A stretch of 64,000 nucleotides of DNA from a virus (Duplodnaviria > Caudoviricetes), in IMG/VR virus record IMGVR_UViG_2731957753_000001, positions 1 to 64,000 of that record. The stretch is one strand, 5' to 3'. Made by a program: the position numbers and the translations under genes. Positions 17,686-26,660 of the stretch are shown here, piece after piece (within the stretch, counting starts at the first letter, position 1; the number at the start of each line of letters is the position of its first letter). The notes under the pieces were generated by a model that was given only the letters and a program-made list of their open reading frames with translations, was not told where the DNA came from and ran no database searches.

Positions 17686-18087
17686 TTACGCTGCCGTATC
17701 GCCCTGCACGGGCTGTTGCTGCCATTCCGTGCGCTTCCTCAAGTCGTCGGCGCTGGACTCGATGCACATTGCGTACTCCCAATAGTCCCCGCGGTCGCCG
17801 TCTGTGCGCAACGTCCACCCCGTCTCATGTGAGGGCTTCCGGTAGGACGCTTCGAATCCTGCGCCGCGCAGTACTTCGAGGTCGCGGGCGTCTATGCCGA
17901 TGTAGGGCCACAGTTCGATAACGCCGCCGGAGACGGTGACGCGGCCGATTTCCCGCCAGATGTCGCCGAGGTCGTCGGTTGAGTGCGTCCAGGGTTCGCT
18001 GGTGGTTCGGGTGATGACACCGACGCGGGACAAGTCGACCGAAGCGGGGATCCGGCTGGCGTGGAACCGGTGATAGGAGTGGGGCAT
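17686..18087 (-). CDS. Hypothetical protein in the immunity region (133 aa)
   Basis: ATG at 18087; natural-looking composition; convergent on the repressor. Confidence 0.6.
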   Translation of the reverse strand: MPHSYHRFHASRIPASVDLSRVGVITRTTSEPWTHSTDDLGDIWREIGRVTVSGGVIELWPYIGIDARDLEVLRGAGFEASYRKPSHETGWTLRTDGDRGDYWEYAMCIESSADDLRKRTEWQQQPVQGDTAA

Positions 18088-18220
18088 GGTGTTCCTAATT
18101 GTGTCTATGGTCGTGCCCCCGGCCCCCGGTGGCATGTATTCAGGTTTTCCGGCATTCCCGGCCCTACCACCCGGCCGTAATGTCGTGTCGCGCTTCAGTC
18201 CCCGACTGTTTGGTGTAGAC

Positions 18221-18257
18221 CGGTACCCGTCGGCGGAGTGTTTGCCGACGGGTACCG
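18221..18257. other. Perfect 14-bp hairpin
   Basis: CGGTACCCGTCGGC-GGAGTGTTT-GCCGACGGGTACCG. Confidence 0.7.
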
Positions 18258-18496
18258 AGTTGCTCAGAGCGTACCGCTTGGCATGAATACTTTTTATAAC
18301 AATCCTCTAAATCCTGCAATTATGTTGCCGCAGGTTGAGAGGGGTGAAAAGTGTCGGGTGACCGAACTTTTCGGGTTCGAGCAAGAGGGAACAGAGGCCC
18401 GGCGGGTGGCTGATAGTCCGCGGGGGATCTGATTGCGAATCGGTAGCTATATGGGCTGTGTTACACACCTGCCACGCCGCGCATGATTACGCTATC

Positions 18497-18511
18497 GTGT
18501 AGTTACTACAC
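18497..18511. promoter_or_regulatory. Palindromic operator upstream of xis
   Basis: GTGTAGT-T-ACTACAC just downstream of a TATCGT -10-like hexamer; the same half-sites occur at 16920-16939. Confidence 0.6.
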
Positions 18512-18532
18512 TACACGAAAGCTGAGGCAGCG

Positions 18533-18724
18533 ATGATCGACACCGCCGAAGATTGGATGACCCGCCGAGAGGTTGCCGGATACCTGCGCGTCAGCCAAGG
18601 CACCCTCGCGAACTGGGCGACGCAACGCAAGGGCCCCAAGTTCGTTCGCCTCGGCGGCGGCAAAGTCCTATACAACCGCGCCGCCGTCAACGACTACCTG
18701 AACAGCCTCCAGACAGCAGCCTGA
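18533..18724 (+). CDS. xis: Excisionase / recombination directionality factor (MerR-like winged HTH)
   Basis: WMTRREVAGYLRVSQGTLANWATQRKGPKFVRLGGGKVLY; directly upstream of int. Confidence 0.88.
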   Translation: MIDTAEDWMTRREVAGYLRVSQGTLANWATQRKGPKFVRLGGGKVLYNRAAVNDYLNSLQTAA

Positions 18725-18728
18725 CCTC

Positions 18729-20084
18729 ATGCCGAAGCAAGAACTCGCCCTCGGAGAGTTGGGCGACATCAGCTACACCGCCATACGCAAGGGCGGCAAG
18801 ATCACTGGATACCGGGCGCGCGCACGATGGCGCCGCCCCACCGACGGCGAGATCCTGCCGAAGGAACGATCCGGGAAAAGCAAGGGCGCCGCGAAGACCG
18901 CCTTGAAGAAGTACGTCACCGAGTTGAACGAGTACGCGGCCGGCGGCAGCGAGACCATCACACGGGATACGAAGATCCCGGTGTTGGCGGACCTGTGGCT
19001 GGCTGAGTGCGAGTTGGATGAGGGCATGGATGATGCGTCGGTGGAGCGGTATCGGGAGGAGATCGAGCCGACGGAGATGCGGTACCGGAAGGACGGCAGC
19101 CCGGACCGCAGGGTGAAGCCGGATGCGTTGAAGATCAAGACGGCGTTCGCGAACATATCGGTGTGGGAGTTGAACACGCCCCGCTATGACCGGCATGAGA
19201 AGGCGATCCTGGCGACGGGTGCGAAGCAGAAGGCGCGGTTTCATCGGATCATCGTGTCCGGGATGATGGATCTCGCGGTCCGGCATGGGGCCATCAAGCC
19301 GGGGGATCATCCGGTGCGGAGTTTGAAGGCGATTCGCCGGGAGCGGAAGAATCCGCGGGCTCTGGAGCAAGGGCAACTGTCGGAGTTGCGGGCGCAGTTG
19401 CGTGCGTGGTTGCGGGGTGAGGCGATCGAGGGCACGGAGGCGTATACGCATGGTCCTGCGCGTGACCCGGATGTGGTTCGGATCGGTGATCTGATGTTGG
19501 CGACGGGTGCCCGTCCTGGGGAGGTTCTAGGCTTCCGGAAGTGTGATATTCATCTCCCTGCCAGTCCGGGTGACCCGTGGCTGGTGGATGTGTTCGGGAC
19601 GGTGAAGCCGGACAGGAACGGGAAGCTGAACCGGGTTCCGCATACGAAGACCGGTGAGGACGGTAAGCGGACGGTGATCTTGCCGAAGTTCGGGGTGGCG
19701 GTGCTCGCGGAGATGGGCGCTTATGAGTGGGAGCCGGGTGATGAGTCGCCGGTGTTTCCGTCTCGGGCTGGCACTTGGCGGTGGCCTGCGAATTTTCGGC
19801 GGTCGTGGCGTGAGGCGCGGGGTTCGAAGTTCGCGTGGGTGGAGCCGAAGACGTTCCGGAAGACTGTGGCGACTGTCATAGCTGACGAGTACGGGCATGA
19901 GCGGGCTGGGGCTCAGTTGGGGCACACTCCGGGCTCGAAGGTGACCCAACTCAGTTACATCCAGCGCGCCTTGCTTGTGGCGGACTCCACTCCGGCCTTG
20001 GATAGGTTCTCGGAGATACCGGCCGTGACGGAGGAGGTGGAGGTTCTGGATATGGGCGAGTCCGACGGGGAAACTGTGGGATAA
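18729..20084 (+). CDS. int: Tyrosine integrase
   Basis: LATGARPGE (Arg), TKTG (Lys), KTFRK (HxxR variant), QLGH, SYI (Tyr). Confidence 0.95.
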   Translation: MPKQELALGELGDISYTAIRKGGKITGYRARARWRRPTDGEILPKERSGKSKGAAKTALKKYVTELNEYAAGGSETITRDTKIPVLADLWLAECELDEGMDDASVERYREEIEPTEMRYRKDGSPDRRVKPDALKIKTAFANISVWELNTPRYDRHEKAILATGAKQKARFHRIIVSGMMDLAVRHGAIKPGDHPVRSLKAIRRERKNPRALEQGQLSELRAQLRAWLRGEAIEGTEAYTHGPARDPDVVRIGDLMLATGARPGEVLGFRKCDIHLPASPGDPWLVDVFGTVKPDRNGKLNRVPHTKTGEDGKRTVILPKFGVAVLAEMGAYEWEPGDESPVFPSRAGTWRWPANFRRSWREARGSKFAWVEPKTFRKTVATVIADEYGHERAGAQLGHTPGSKVTQLSYIQRALLVADSTPALDRFSEIPAVTEEVEVLDMGESDGETVG

Positions 20085-20326
20085 CCGTGGGATGCGTCGA
20101 GTCCTGGCCGTTACCGCGTGGTGGCGGAGTGGCGTTGACCTGGTGTTTATGGTGCGCCATCAGGGACTCGAACCCCGAACCCGCTGTTCTCGGGTCGCGG
20201 GTAACGGTGAATCATTGTCGTTCATGCTGAATCATGTCTACCTGCCGGTTTGCCCGATTGAGTGAACAAGCGTGAACCATCGTGAACCCACGTTATCGAA
20301 CTCAAACCGTGGGGGAACCGTGGGAG
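20072..20326. repeat. attP accessory sites: two pairs of arm-type repeats and three 10-bp-phased repeats
   Basis: AAC(T/C)GTGGGAT x2 at 20072-20093; AACCGTGGG(G/A)G x2 at 20305-20326; GTGAAC at 20262, 20272 and 20282. Confidence 0.75.
20150..20186 (-). other. attP common core (3' half of a tRNA-Lys(CTT)-like gene)
   Basis: Reverse complement CAGCGGGTTCGGGGTTCGAGTCCCTGATGGCGCACCA gives T-arm, acceptor strand and CCA; the 5' half is absent; 65 bp after int. Lys assignment is from recalled actinobacterial tRNA sequence. Confidence 0.85.
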
Positions 20327-20370
20327 AACGTCAAATCCCCACACTCCCAGACAACCACCCCAGACACACG

Positions 20371-20404
20371 AAAAGCTGCCCCTGAACCAAGGCTCAGGGG
20401 CAGC
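20371..20404 (-). terminator. Intrinsic terminator ending the late operon
   Basis: GCTGCCCCTGA/TCAGGGGCAGC stem followed by TTTT on the minus strand. Confidence 0.85.
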
Positions 20405-20426
20405 ACCCGCGGAGGACTCCACACTT

Positions 20427-21374
20427 CTAAGGTTTCGTCACCCGGACATAACTAGCAGAATCATTGGCCGAACTGATCATCCCGGACTGACTTGCCTGGG
20501 CCGTCACACGAACCAGCGACCCCGCCTCCACAGTCACGCCAGAAACCGACGCATTAACAATCGTCCCGGAACCACTGGACACGGTCACGGCCCCACTGGA
20601 CGCGACCTCCACACCATCCAGAAGAATCCTCAAAATAATCGTCCTACCACCAAGGGAGGCCGTGAACCTGATGGACGCGCTCAGGACCACTCCCTCACCA
20701 GCGGACTGCACCACCAGATCACTGCCGGACAACGACGACCCCGGATAGTTATCTGTATCGGGCGCCCACCCAGTGATCTGGGCCGGTGACGTACCGAATG
20801 ACGACCCAGACCCGGACCTGAACATCCCGGACGGCGCGAACGTCTGAATCTCCACCGACGCCGTACCCTCCGATGTCGCGACCGGAGACAGCAGCCCGAC
20901 CATCGTCGCCGACGCAGAAGTCGAGCCCTCCGAGTCTGCCGACGCGTCAATACCGAACTCGACCGCCGCAGTGCCCTCAGCCGACGCATCCACCGGCAAC
21001 AGGGCCGCGACATCCGCTGATGCTGTGCCCTCACTGTCGGTCGTGACCGTGAGGCCTTTAGCATCCGTCACTTCAGCAGTGGCGGTGCCCTCACCGTCGG
21101 CGTCGACCGTCAAGTAGCGGACCGCAGCCAACCCCACGCTCGCGTCACCGGTACTGGTGGCGTCGGAGTAGATGTGGGTGTACCCGAGAACCGAAGCGGA
21201 TGCTGTGCCCTCAGAGTCGGTGTCGACGAAAATCCGGGGCGGGATGTAGGGGATGACGCCCTTCGGGAGAACCGTTCGGGACGCCCGCGGCAACAATGCC
21301 TGAGCTTCGGTGCCTCCGGGGAGTGGGGCGCGCCACCGTGTAGCCCCGGGCAGTGATGCTGTAGTGGTGCCCAC
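20427..21374 (-). CDS. Minor tail protein
   Basis: Ala/Ser/Thr-rich xSEGTA repeats; beta-rich C-terminal domain; last gene of the tail block. Confidence 0.7.
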   Translation of the reverse strand: MGTTTASLPGATRWRAPLPGGTEAQALLPRASRTVLPKGVIPYIPPRIFVDTDSEGTASASVLGYTHIYSDATSTGDASVGLAAVRYLTVDADGEGTATAEVTDAKGLTVTTDSEGTASADVAALLPVDASAEGTAAVEFGIDASADSEGSTSASATMVGLLSPVATSEGTASVEIQTFAPSGMFRSGSGSSFGTSPAQITGWAPDTDNYPGSSLSGSDLVVQSAGEGVVLSASIRFTASLGGRTIILRILLDGVEVASSGAVTVSSGSGTIVNASVSGVTVEAGSLVRVTAQASQSGMISSANDSASYVRVTKP

Positions 21375-21383
21375 CCCAACCCC

Positions 21384-21755
21384 CTATGTTTGCGTGTACC
21401 GGGGCGTGACCCGCAGCTTGCCCGCAGCGGACTCGAACGTGATATCGGCCGAATCAACCCAGTCGACGAGGTCGCCCTCACTGTCGAGGTAGCCGACGTG
21501 GGTTACCTCCGTGCCCATCGGCACATCGAATTCGACTTCGTCACCGACCGCAGTCGCCACGGTGCCGTTGTCGGTCGCGCCATCCCACGATGCAGTCTTG
21601 CGGGCATACGCGGGAGACCCGCCCGTCACCTCGTTCGCGGGTGTCGGCCCGGATCCGGGGCTACCGGTGTGCAGGGACAGGGATACGACACGGGCCGCGT
21701 AGTCGTCTGCCTGAGCGATACGCGTTGCAGCGATTTTGATAGCCATGTTCACCAC
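21384..21755 (-). CDS. Minor tail protein
   Basis: SLHTGSPG...ANEVTGGSPAYARKTASW, a family typical of tail modules. Confidence 0.75.
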   Translation of the reverse strand: MVNMAIKIAATRIAQADDYAARVVSLSLHTGSPGSGPTPANEVTGGSPAYARKTASWDGATDNGTVATAVGDEVEFDVPMGTEVTHVGYLDSEGDLVDWVDSADITFESAAGKLRVTPRYTQT

Positions 21756-21803
21756 CGAGTGATAAAGAAAGTGAGAAAGAACCGAGAAAGAAAGCGATAA
21801 AGA

Positions 21804-22115
21804 TCAGCCCTGGCGGGCGACTGGGCCCGCGTACCAGCAGTAGTCCGAGCCGTCCGAATAGTGGACGTACACACGGAATCTGGCTGGAATGTTGATCGTG
21901 TCCGCGACCGCTTTATCTACTTCCCAGCGGGCAATGTCCTCGTCGACCGTCGCGTCCCACGTCGCAACCACACTGCCGGCCTGGTCGTAAATGATCAGTT
22001 CGACAGTGGTAGTTGGCGGGAACTCGACCCCCAAGGGCGGGCCGATTTCGTGAATGAAGTCTTGCCCATAAACCAGGACGATCGTCTCCGGGATGGGGTC
22101 ATTACCAAGGGACAT
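21804..22115 (-). CDS. Minor tail/baseplate protein (103 aa)
   Basis: Position; resembles LtfC/p132-like beta-sandwich actinophage tail proteins. Confidence 0.65.
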   Translation of the reverse strand: MSLGNDPIPETIVLVYGQDFIHEIGPPLGVEFPPTTTVELIIYDQAGSVVATWDATVDEDIARWEVDKAVADTINIPARFRVYVHYSDGSDYCWYAGPVARQG

Positions 22116-22145
22116 ATTCGCCTCGCCTTGCAGAATTAGAGAGAA

Positions 22146-23405
22146 TCAGCCGAGACCCGAGAAGATCCTGACATCGTTCCAAGAATGGGAATTGCCGGAG
22201 CTACCGCGACCGACCCGAAGCCCTGCATAATTGTTCGCCGCAGGAACCACACCATGCATCCAGCCAACACATAGCTGCGGGACATCATTGATTTCGATCC
22301 AGCCGATACCGTTATATATCGAGAACGCCACCCGGTCACCGGACTTCACAGTCAAACCGAAGCTCTCCGGGAGATCCTGCATCATCGTGAACGAAGCTGT
22401 CGCGATGTTCCCCGACCAGTTAGACACCCACAATTTGTTGCCGAAAATATTCGCGGCAAGCCCCTGGTCTGCGGCCGTGTTCGTGGCAAGAATCAACGCG
22501 CTCGCGGCACCATTGTTCGGTCCGATATTCCCGCCAACAGTCGCCTCGATACGCTGACGCCCCGACAGGTTACCGGTATCCCGCAGCAGCCCCTGCCAGT
22601 TCCCTTCCGTCGTAGCAGTGGTGGACCAGGAATCCGCAACTACGGCAGCATCCGCCCCGTACTGGACCCAGCCATTCACGCCATTCTGGTTACCGCTCCG
22701 ACCATTGAAATCGTCGTAGAAATCCTGCTGCCACACAGTCTTCGGCGGAATCGACGGCGGACGATCATAGTGGTACAACTTCCGGATCCACGTATCACAC
22801 AAGGCCGCATTAACAAAACGAAGGCAACGCCGACCCGGCCCCAACCGGAACGCTGGACGGATCATCTGCGAACCCACATAGGTACCATTCATCCAAATAC
22901 GGATCCACTTATCGTCCTCGCACCAAATCTGCACAGTATGCCATTGCCCGAAGAACGAAGCCGGAGCACTCCAGTAGCTAAGATTGTCGTCCGCCGACAT
23001 CATGCTATAGAAATGCACAAGCTGAAATACGTGACCGCTATACACCAATGGTGCATTCATCAACCGGACACCGACACAATTCTGGAATGCCCCACCGATC
23101 GTGGTCCAAGAGTCGGTAAAATATATAGCGAAACTCTGAACCACCAAGCCTTCAACGGGGAAGTACACCTCCAGCTCGACACCCCAGTTCGGGGTAAACG
23201 GTTGATACGCATACGACTCGCCGCCGCCAGTGACAGTCGCCACATTCGACGGGATATGCAGCGTGTCATCCTCCGTGATGTCCGCTGTCGTACCGTCCCC
23301 GAGATGCCTCCAAGGAAGCTGAATCGAGCCCGTCGTATACGACGTGAAATCATCAAACCAGCCCGCCCACGCAAGGGGCAGGTTCCGGCGCATCAGAAAA
23401 CTCAT
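22146..23405 (-). CDS. Minor tail protein, putative receptor-binding (two lectin-like beta domains)
   Basis: Two W/F-rich repeats starting FDDFTSY and FYDDFNG. Confidence 0.7.
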   Translation of the reverse strand: MSFLMRRNLPLAWAGWFDDFTSYTTGSIQLPWRHLGDGTTADITEDDTLHIPSNVATVTGGGESYAYQPFTPNWGVELEVYFPVEGLVVQSFAIYFTDSWTTIGGAFQNCVGVRLMNAPLVYSGHVFQLVHFYSMMSADDNLSYWSAPASFFGQWHTVQIWCEDDKWIRIWMNGTYVGSQMIRPAFRLGPGRRCLRFVNAALCDTWIRKLYHYDRPPSIPPKTVWQQDFYDDFNGRSGNQNGVNGWVQYGADAAVVADSWSTTATTEGNWQGLLRDTGNLSGRQRIEATVGGNIGPNNGAASALILATNTAADQGLAANIFGNKLWVSNWSGNIATASFTMMQDLPESFGLTVKSGDRVAFSIYNGIGWIEINDVPQLCVGWMHGVVPAANNYAGLRVGRGSSGNSHSWNDVRIFSGLG

Positions 23406-23734
23406 TCGACCTCGATCACGCCAGAAATCCGAGCATCCGGATAGTTCACAAGGTCCCGTCGAATAGACAGCAGTCGAGTCCTATAGCCGCGGACCCCCAG
23501 CTTCTCCTCCGAAGTGATCACCCTCCGGATATCGTCGCTACGTTCCGCCAGGCGGGCCACGGCCGCGTCGATGACAGGGATCGCATCCACCGACGCGGTC
23601 ATATCAAAAAGGCCACTGAGGTCGTCCACGTCGAAAATCAGTTTCCAAGCCGCCTCTTGATAGTCATAGACAACCACGTTCTCAACCGAGGAACCGGACA
23701 GAAGTGTTTCAATCAGCTTCAACGAATGCCCCAA
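23402..23734 (-). CDS. Hypothetical protein (110 aa)
   Basis: Overlaps both neighbours in the tail block. Confidence 0.55.
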   Translation of the reverse strand: MGHSLKLIETLLSGSSVENVVVYDYQEAAWKLIFDVDDLSGLFDMTASVDAIPVIDAAVARLAERSDDIRRVITSEEKLGVRGYRTRLLSIRRDLVNYPDARISGVIEVE

Positions 23735-24350
23735 AAACTAGTATCTGCAACACCTGCGGCGCCACAGTCCCCGTAACGCTCGTCACATTGATGAAAAGGC
23801 GCTCACGATGGATGACGTTGTAATTGATTGCCCAGCTCTGTCGGTTTGTTCCCGCGTCCATCGAATATGTGCCGAGCACCGAAGACACGGTGCCGTCCGG
23901 ATCCCACTTCTTCAACTCGAACGTCAACCCGTTCGGCTGCGACAGAAATGCGATGTGCATATCCGTGATGACGCGTTCGAGCCCGCCCGGAACGTTCTGA
24001 CACGGGCCGATCAACAACTCATTCACACCCAGAACCACGGCAGCAGACGCCACCACAAACTCTGTCTCCCAATAAGAGACAGCTTCGAGTGCTGCTGCCG
24101 CTGTAGCTTCAGCCGAAACGGCAGCATTGAGAGCAGCCTGAGAATCAGTTACAGCCTGATCCGCCGCGCCCTCAATAATTACAATCGGATCCCGGAACTG
24201 CGCACCCATATTCGAATGCGCAGTCCCATAAGACACGCGCGCACCCTGCGTCAACGACGCCTGAGTATCCTCAGCCGTCATATCCTGCAACGCCGCAAAA
24301 GTACCCGGAACCTGCGAACCCTCAGGAATAGGAGCATTAGGGGCAGTCAC
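23709..24350 (-). CDS. Minor tail protein (213 aa)
   Basis: PEGSQVPGTFAALQDMT N-terminus, coiled-coil linker, beta-rich C-terminus. Confidence 0.7.
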   Translation of the reverse strand: MTAPNAPIPEGSQVPGTFAALQDMTAEDTQASLTQGARVSYGTAHSNMGAQFRDPIVIIEGAADQAVTDSQAALNAAVSAEATAAAALEAVSYWETEFVVASAAVVLGVNELLIGPCQNVPGGLERVITDMHIAFLSQPNGLTFELKKWDPDGTVSSVLGTYSMDAGTNRQSWAINYNVIHRERLFINVTSVTGTVAPQVLQILVFGAFVEAD

Positions 24351-24372
24351 AGAAGATCACCCCCAACCCTCA

Positions 24373-24696
24373 TCAAATCTCGTTCAAAATCTCATCCGGA
24401 ATAGGCGGCGGAGGAGGAGCAGGAACATGCGTACGAATAAACGCCAACAAATCCTTCACATAATCAACCAGCACGTCGATACGACGCACATCCTGAATAT
24501 GCTGCAACGTATCCGCACGATGCTGAAGCTCAAGCTCATGCACCCGACCGCGAATGTCCCTCAACTCATCCCGCGTCGGAGCCAACACAGCCTCAAAATC
24601 CGCGCGCTGCGACTCCAGCGAACGCGACCGCGGGGCAACAAACCCCACGACCACGCCCACAACCCCCGCAGCCGCCGGAATGACGACCTCCCACAT
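24373..24696 (-). CDS. Lysis-cassette membrane protein (N-terminal TM plus coiled coil)
   Basis: Follows the holin. Confidence 0.7.
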   Translation of the reverse strand: MWEVVIPAAAGVVGVVVGFVAPRSRSLESQRADFEAVLAPTRDELRDIRGRVHELELQHRADTLQHIQDVRRIDVLVDYVKDLLAFIRTHVPAPPPPPIPDEILNEI

Positions 24697-24702
24697 AGCG
24701 GG

Positions 24703-25041
24703 TCAGATCACAGGAGTCTTGTACGCGGCCACACCAAGGCCCAGCGCAGCCGACACGACAGCAGCCACAGCCGACGCCTGAGCATCACTGAACACGCTGT
24801 ACGCGACCAGGAGCGGCTGAGCAGCACCAAGAACGCCATACAGCCACGTACGCCAAGTACTCATCGAATTCGCGCCGGCCACACCGAAACCGACCAGAGC
24901 AGCAACAGCGCCACCCCACAGAGCAGCATCAGAATCATTGAGCAGACCAAGAGTTACCAGGAGAACCTGAACCGAACCCAGCGTGGCATAAATACGGCCA
25001 CGAGCCTCAGCAGTCAGGTCACGGATAGCGTCAAAAGACAT
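24703..25041 (-). CDS. Holin (4 TM, 112 aa)
   Basis: Four hydrophobic helices directly after the endolysin; ATG at 25041. Confidence 0.8.
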   Translation of the reverse strand: MSFDAIRDLTAEARGRIYATLGSVQVLLVTLGLLNDSDAALWGGAVAALVGFGVAGANSMSTWRTWLYGVLGAAQPLLVAYSVFSDAQASAVAAVVSAALGLGVAAYKTPVI

Positions 25042-25084
25042 GGAGGTACCCACTTCGAAAATAGAGGAATGGAATAGAAAGAGG

Positions 25085-25903
25085 TCAGGCGGCCTTGTCC
25101 GGGAATCCCGGGATGTTGATGACCGGGCAGTCCTTCGCCTCAAGGGCGTCCAGCCGCTTCAGAACCTCGGCCACGGCGTCAACCAGGGTCGCGCCATTCA
25201 ACTGCGGCCACCCCTTATACCCGCCCGCGTCACGCTGACCGAGACCGCACAACTGCTCCCGGATATCCTTCACATCAGAACCGATCGGGCCGACAAAGCC
25301 CTTAACAAAATCCTGGATCTGCTTAACTTCAGCAGCACTCATAGGGGCATCTCCCTTACGATCAATGATTGTCTGAACATCCCGGCGGAAGGCATTCATG
25401 TCGATGCCCCACGGGTCTATTTTTCCTTCGGACGAGTACTCGCGATGTGCGACACAATCACCCGAACCACGGCCAATGCGGCGCAGGATCGCAGCGCAAC
25501 CGCGCTTATAGGCGTCCAACTGCACCGCCGGCCATGGCTGCGAACCGGTGCCGCTATTCACGGCCTCGATGCCGATAACGCTGTAGTTCGCGTTGTTCGT
25601 CGGCCAGCCATTCCAGCTACCTCGACCCGCATGCCAGCAGACCCCAGCAGCAATCACGCGGTACGTACCGTCGCGTTCCAGGACTAGCTGGGCGAGAGGG
25701 CCAGGCAAGTCGGAGCGGCCGTTCTGCACGATGCGCCAGTCGTTCTCGCCGCCCCCTGCCGTGTGATGACAAAGGACGCCAATCACATTTCCGAAATCTC
25801 CATGACCGCGAAATTTCCAGCCGTCATGCTCAATTACTTTCAGACCCTCGGCGCGGAGAACATCCGCAAGCCACAGGGGATCCCCGGACCAAGCCATTTT
25901 CAC
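25085..25903 (-). CDS. Endolysin, N-acetylmuramoyl-L-alanine amidase (Amidase_2)
   Basis: VLCHHTAG, CWHAGRG, IGIEAVN, VAHREY, KIDP. Confidence 0.92.
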   Translation of the reverse strand: MKMAWSGDPLWLADVLRAEGLKVIEHDGWKFRGHGDFGNVIGVLCHHTAGGGENDWRIVQNGRSDLPGPLAQLVLERDGTYRVIAAGVCWHAGRGSWNGWPTNNANYSVIGIEAVNSGTGSQPWPAVQLDAYKRGCAAILRRIGRGSGDCVAHREYSSEGKIDPWGIDMNAFRRDVQTIIDRKGDAPMSAAEVKQIQDFVKGFVGPIGSDVKDIREQLCGLGQRDAGGYKGWPQLNGATLVDAVAEVLKRLDALEAKDCPVINIPGFPDKAA

Positions 25904-25947
25904 CGACTTTCGGCTTCCGCCAATATGTTAGAATTGGAAGCTCAATA

Positions 25948-26010
25948 GAAAGACCCCCGCGTCTGCGCCAACAGACCGGGGGCATGGCCGAACTTTGGAG
26001 GAGTTCGACG
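25948..26010 (+). promoter_or_regulatory. Conserved structured leader, copy A, upstream of an HNH gene
   Basis: GAAAGACCCCCGC-GTCTG-CGCCAA-CAGAC-CGGGGGCATGGCCGA...GGAGGAGTTCGACG-ATG. Confidence 0.7.
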
Positions 26011-26619
26011 ATGACTGATGTTACATGCTCTGTTCCCGCATGCATACGACCGCGGGGTACCCGAGGATACTGCTCAGGCCACTACGACCGGTGGAAGAAA
26101 TACGGGCACCCCGACGCCGCCCGACCACTGAACACCAAAGTCCCCCGCGGGGCATCGCTTCGAGAGCGCCTGATGTGGCGCGTAGACCCCGATCTCAGCC
26201 CTGACGAATGCTGGATCTGGCGCGGAGCGCGAGGCGGCACCAAAAAGCGTACAGGCATCGGATACGGGAAATTCACCGTCAACGGTCGCCAATACGACGC
26301 GCACCGCGTGTCATGGGAGATCCACAACGGCCAGCCCGTGCCACCCGGAATGCAGGTCCTGCACTCGTGCGATAATCCGCTGTGCGTCAACCCCAAGCAC
26401 CTGAGCATCGGCAGCAACCGGGACAACGTCGACGACATGGTCTCCAAGATGCGGCAGACCTACGGCGAGCGAAACCCGCAATCGGTACTCACCGATGAGG
26501 CCGTCCGCGACATACGATCAAGCTCGGCGAGCGACGCCGCACTTGCAGTGAAGTACGGTGTCGGCAAGTCATGCATCGCCGATGCACGTTACGGGCGAAC
26601 CTGGCGGCACATCGCGTAG
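26011..26619 (+). CDS. Free-standing HNH homing endonuclease, antisense inside the late operon
   Basis: CSVPAC...CSGH finger; ECWIWRG...AHRVSW...VLHSCDNPLCVNPKHLSIGSNRDNVDD; C-terminal HTH. Confidence 0.9.
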   Translation: MTDVTCSVPACIRPRGTRGYCSGHYDRWKKYGHPDAARPLNTKVPRGASLRERLMWRVDPDLSPDECWIWRGARGGTKKRTGIGYGKFTVNGRQYDAHRVSWEIHNGQPVPPGMQVLHSCDNPLCVNPKHLSIGSNRDNVDDMVSKMRQTYGERNPQSVLTDEAVRDIRSSSASDAALAVKYGVGKSCIADARYGRTWRHIA

Positions 26620-26626
26620 CAATCGA

Positions 26627-26660
26627 TCCCCGGAGTGGGGCTACACACCCACTTCGGGGA
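26627..26660. terminator. Hairpin between convergent genes
   Basis: TCCCCGGAGTGGG/CCCACTTCGGGGA. Confidence 0.6.

Noticed and set aside
20150-20186. A complete tRNA gene
   Set aside because: Only the 3' half is present; similarity stops before the anticodon loop
17159-20186. Integration-dependent immunity (attP inside the repressor, ssrA-like tags)
   Set aside because: attP is downstream of int, far from the repressor; no ssrA-like C-terminus; an Xis is present
4609-20290. CRISPR-like arrays (4609-4640, 9896-9991, 20262-20287)
   Set aside because: Repeats are short and contiguous or phased, with no unique spacers and no cas genes
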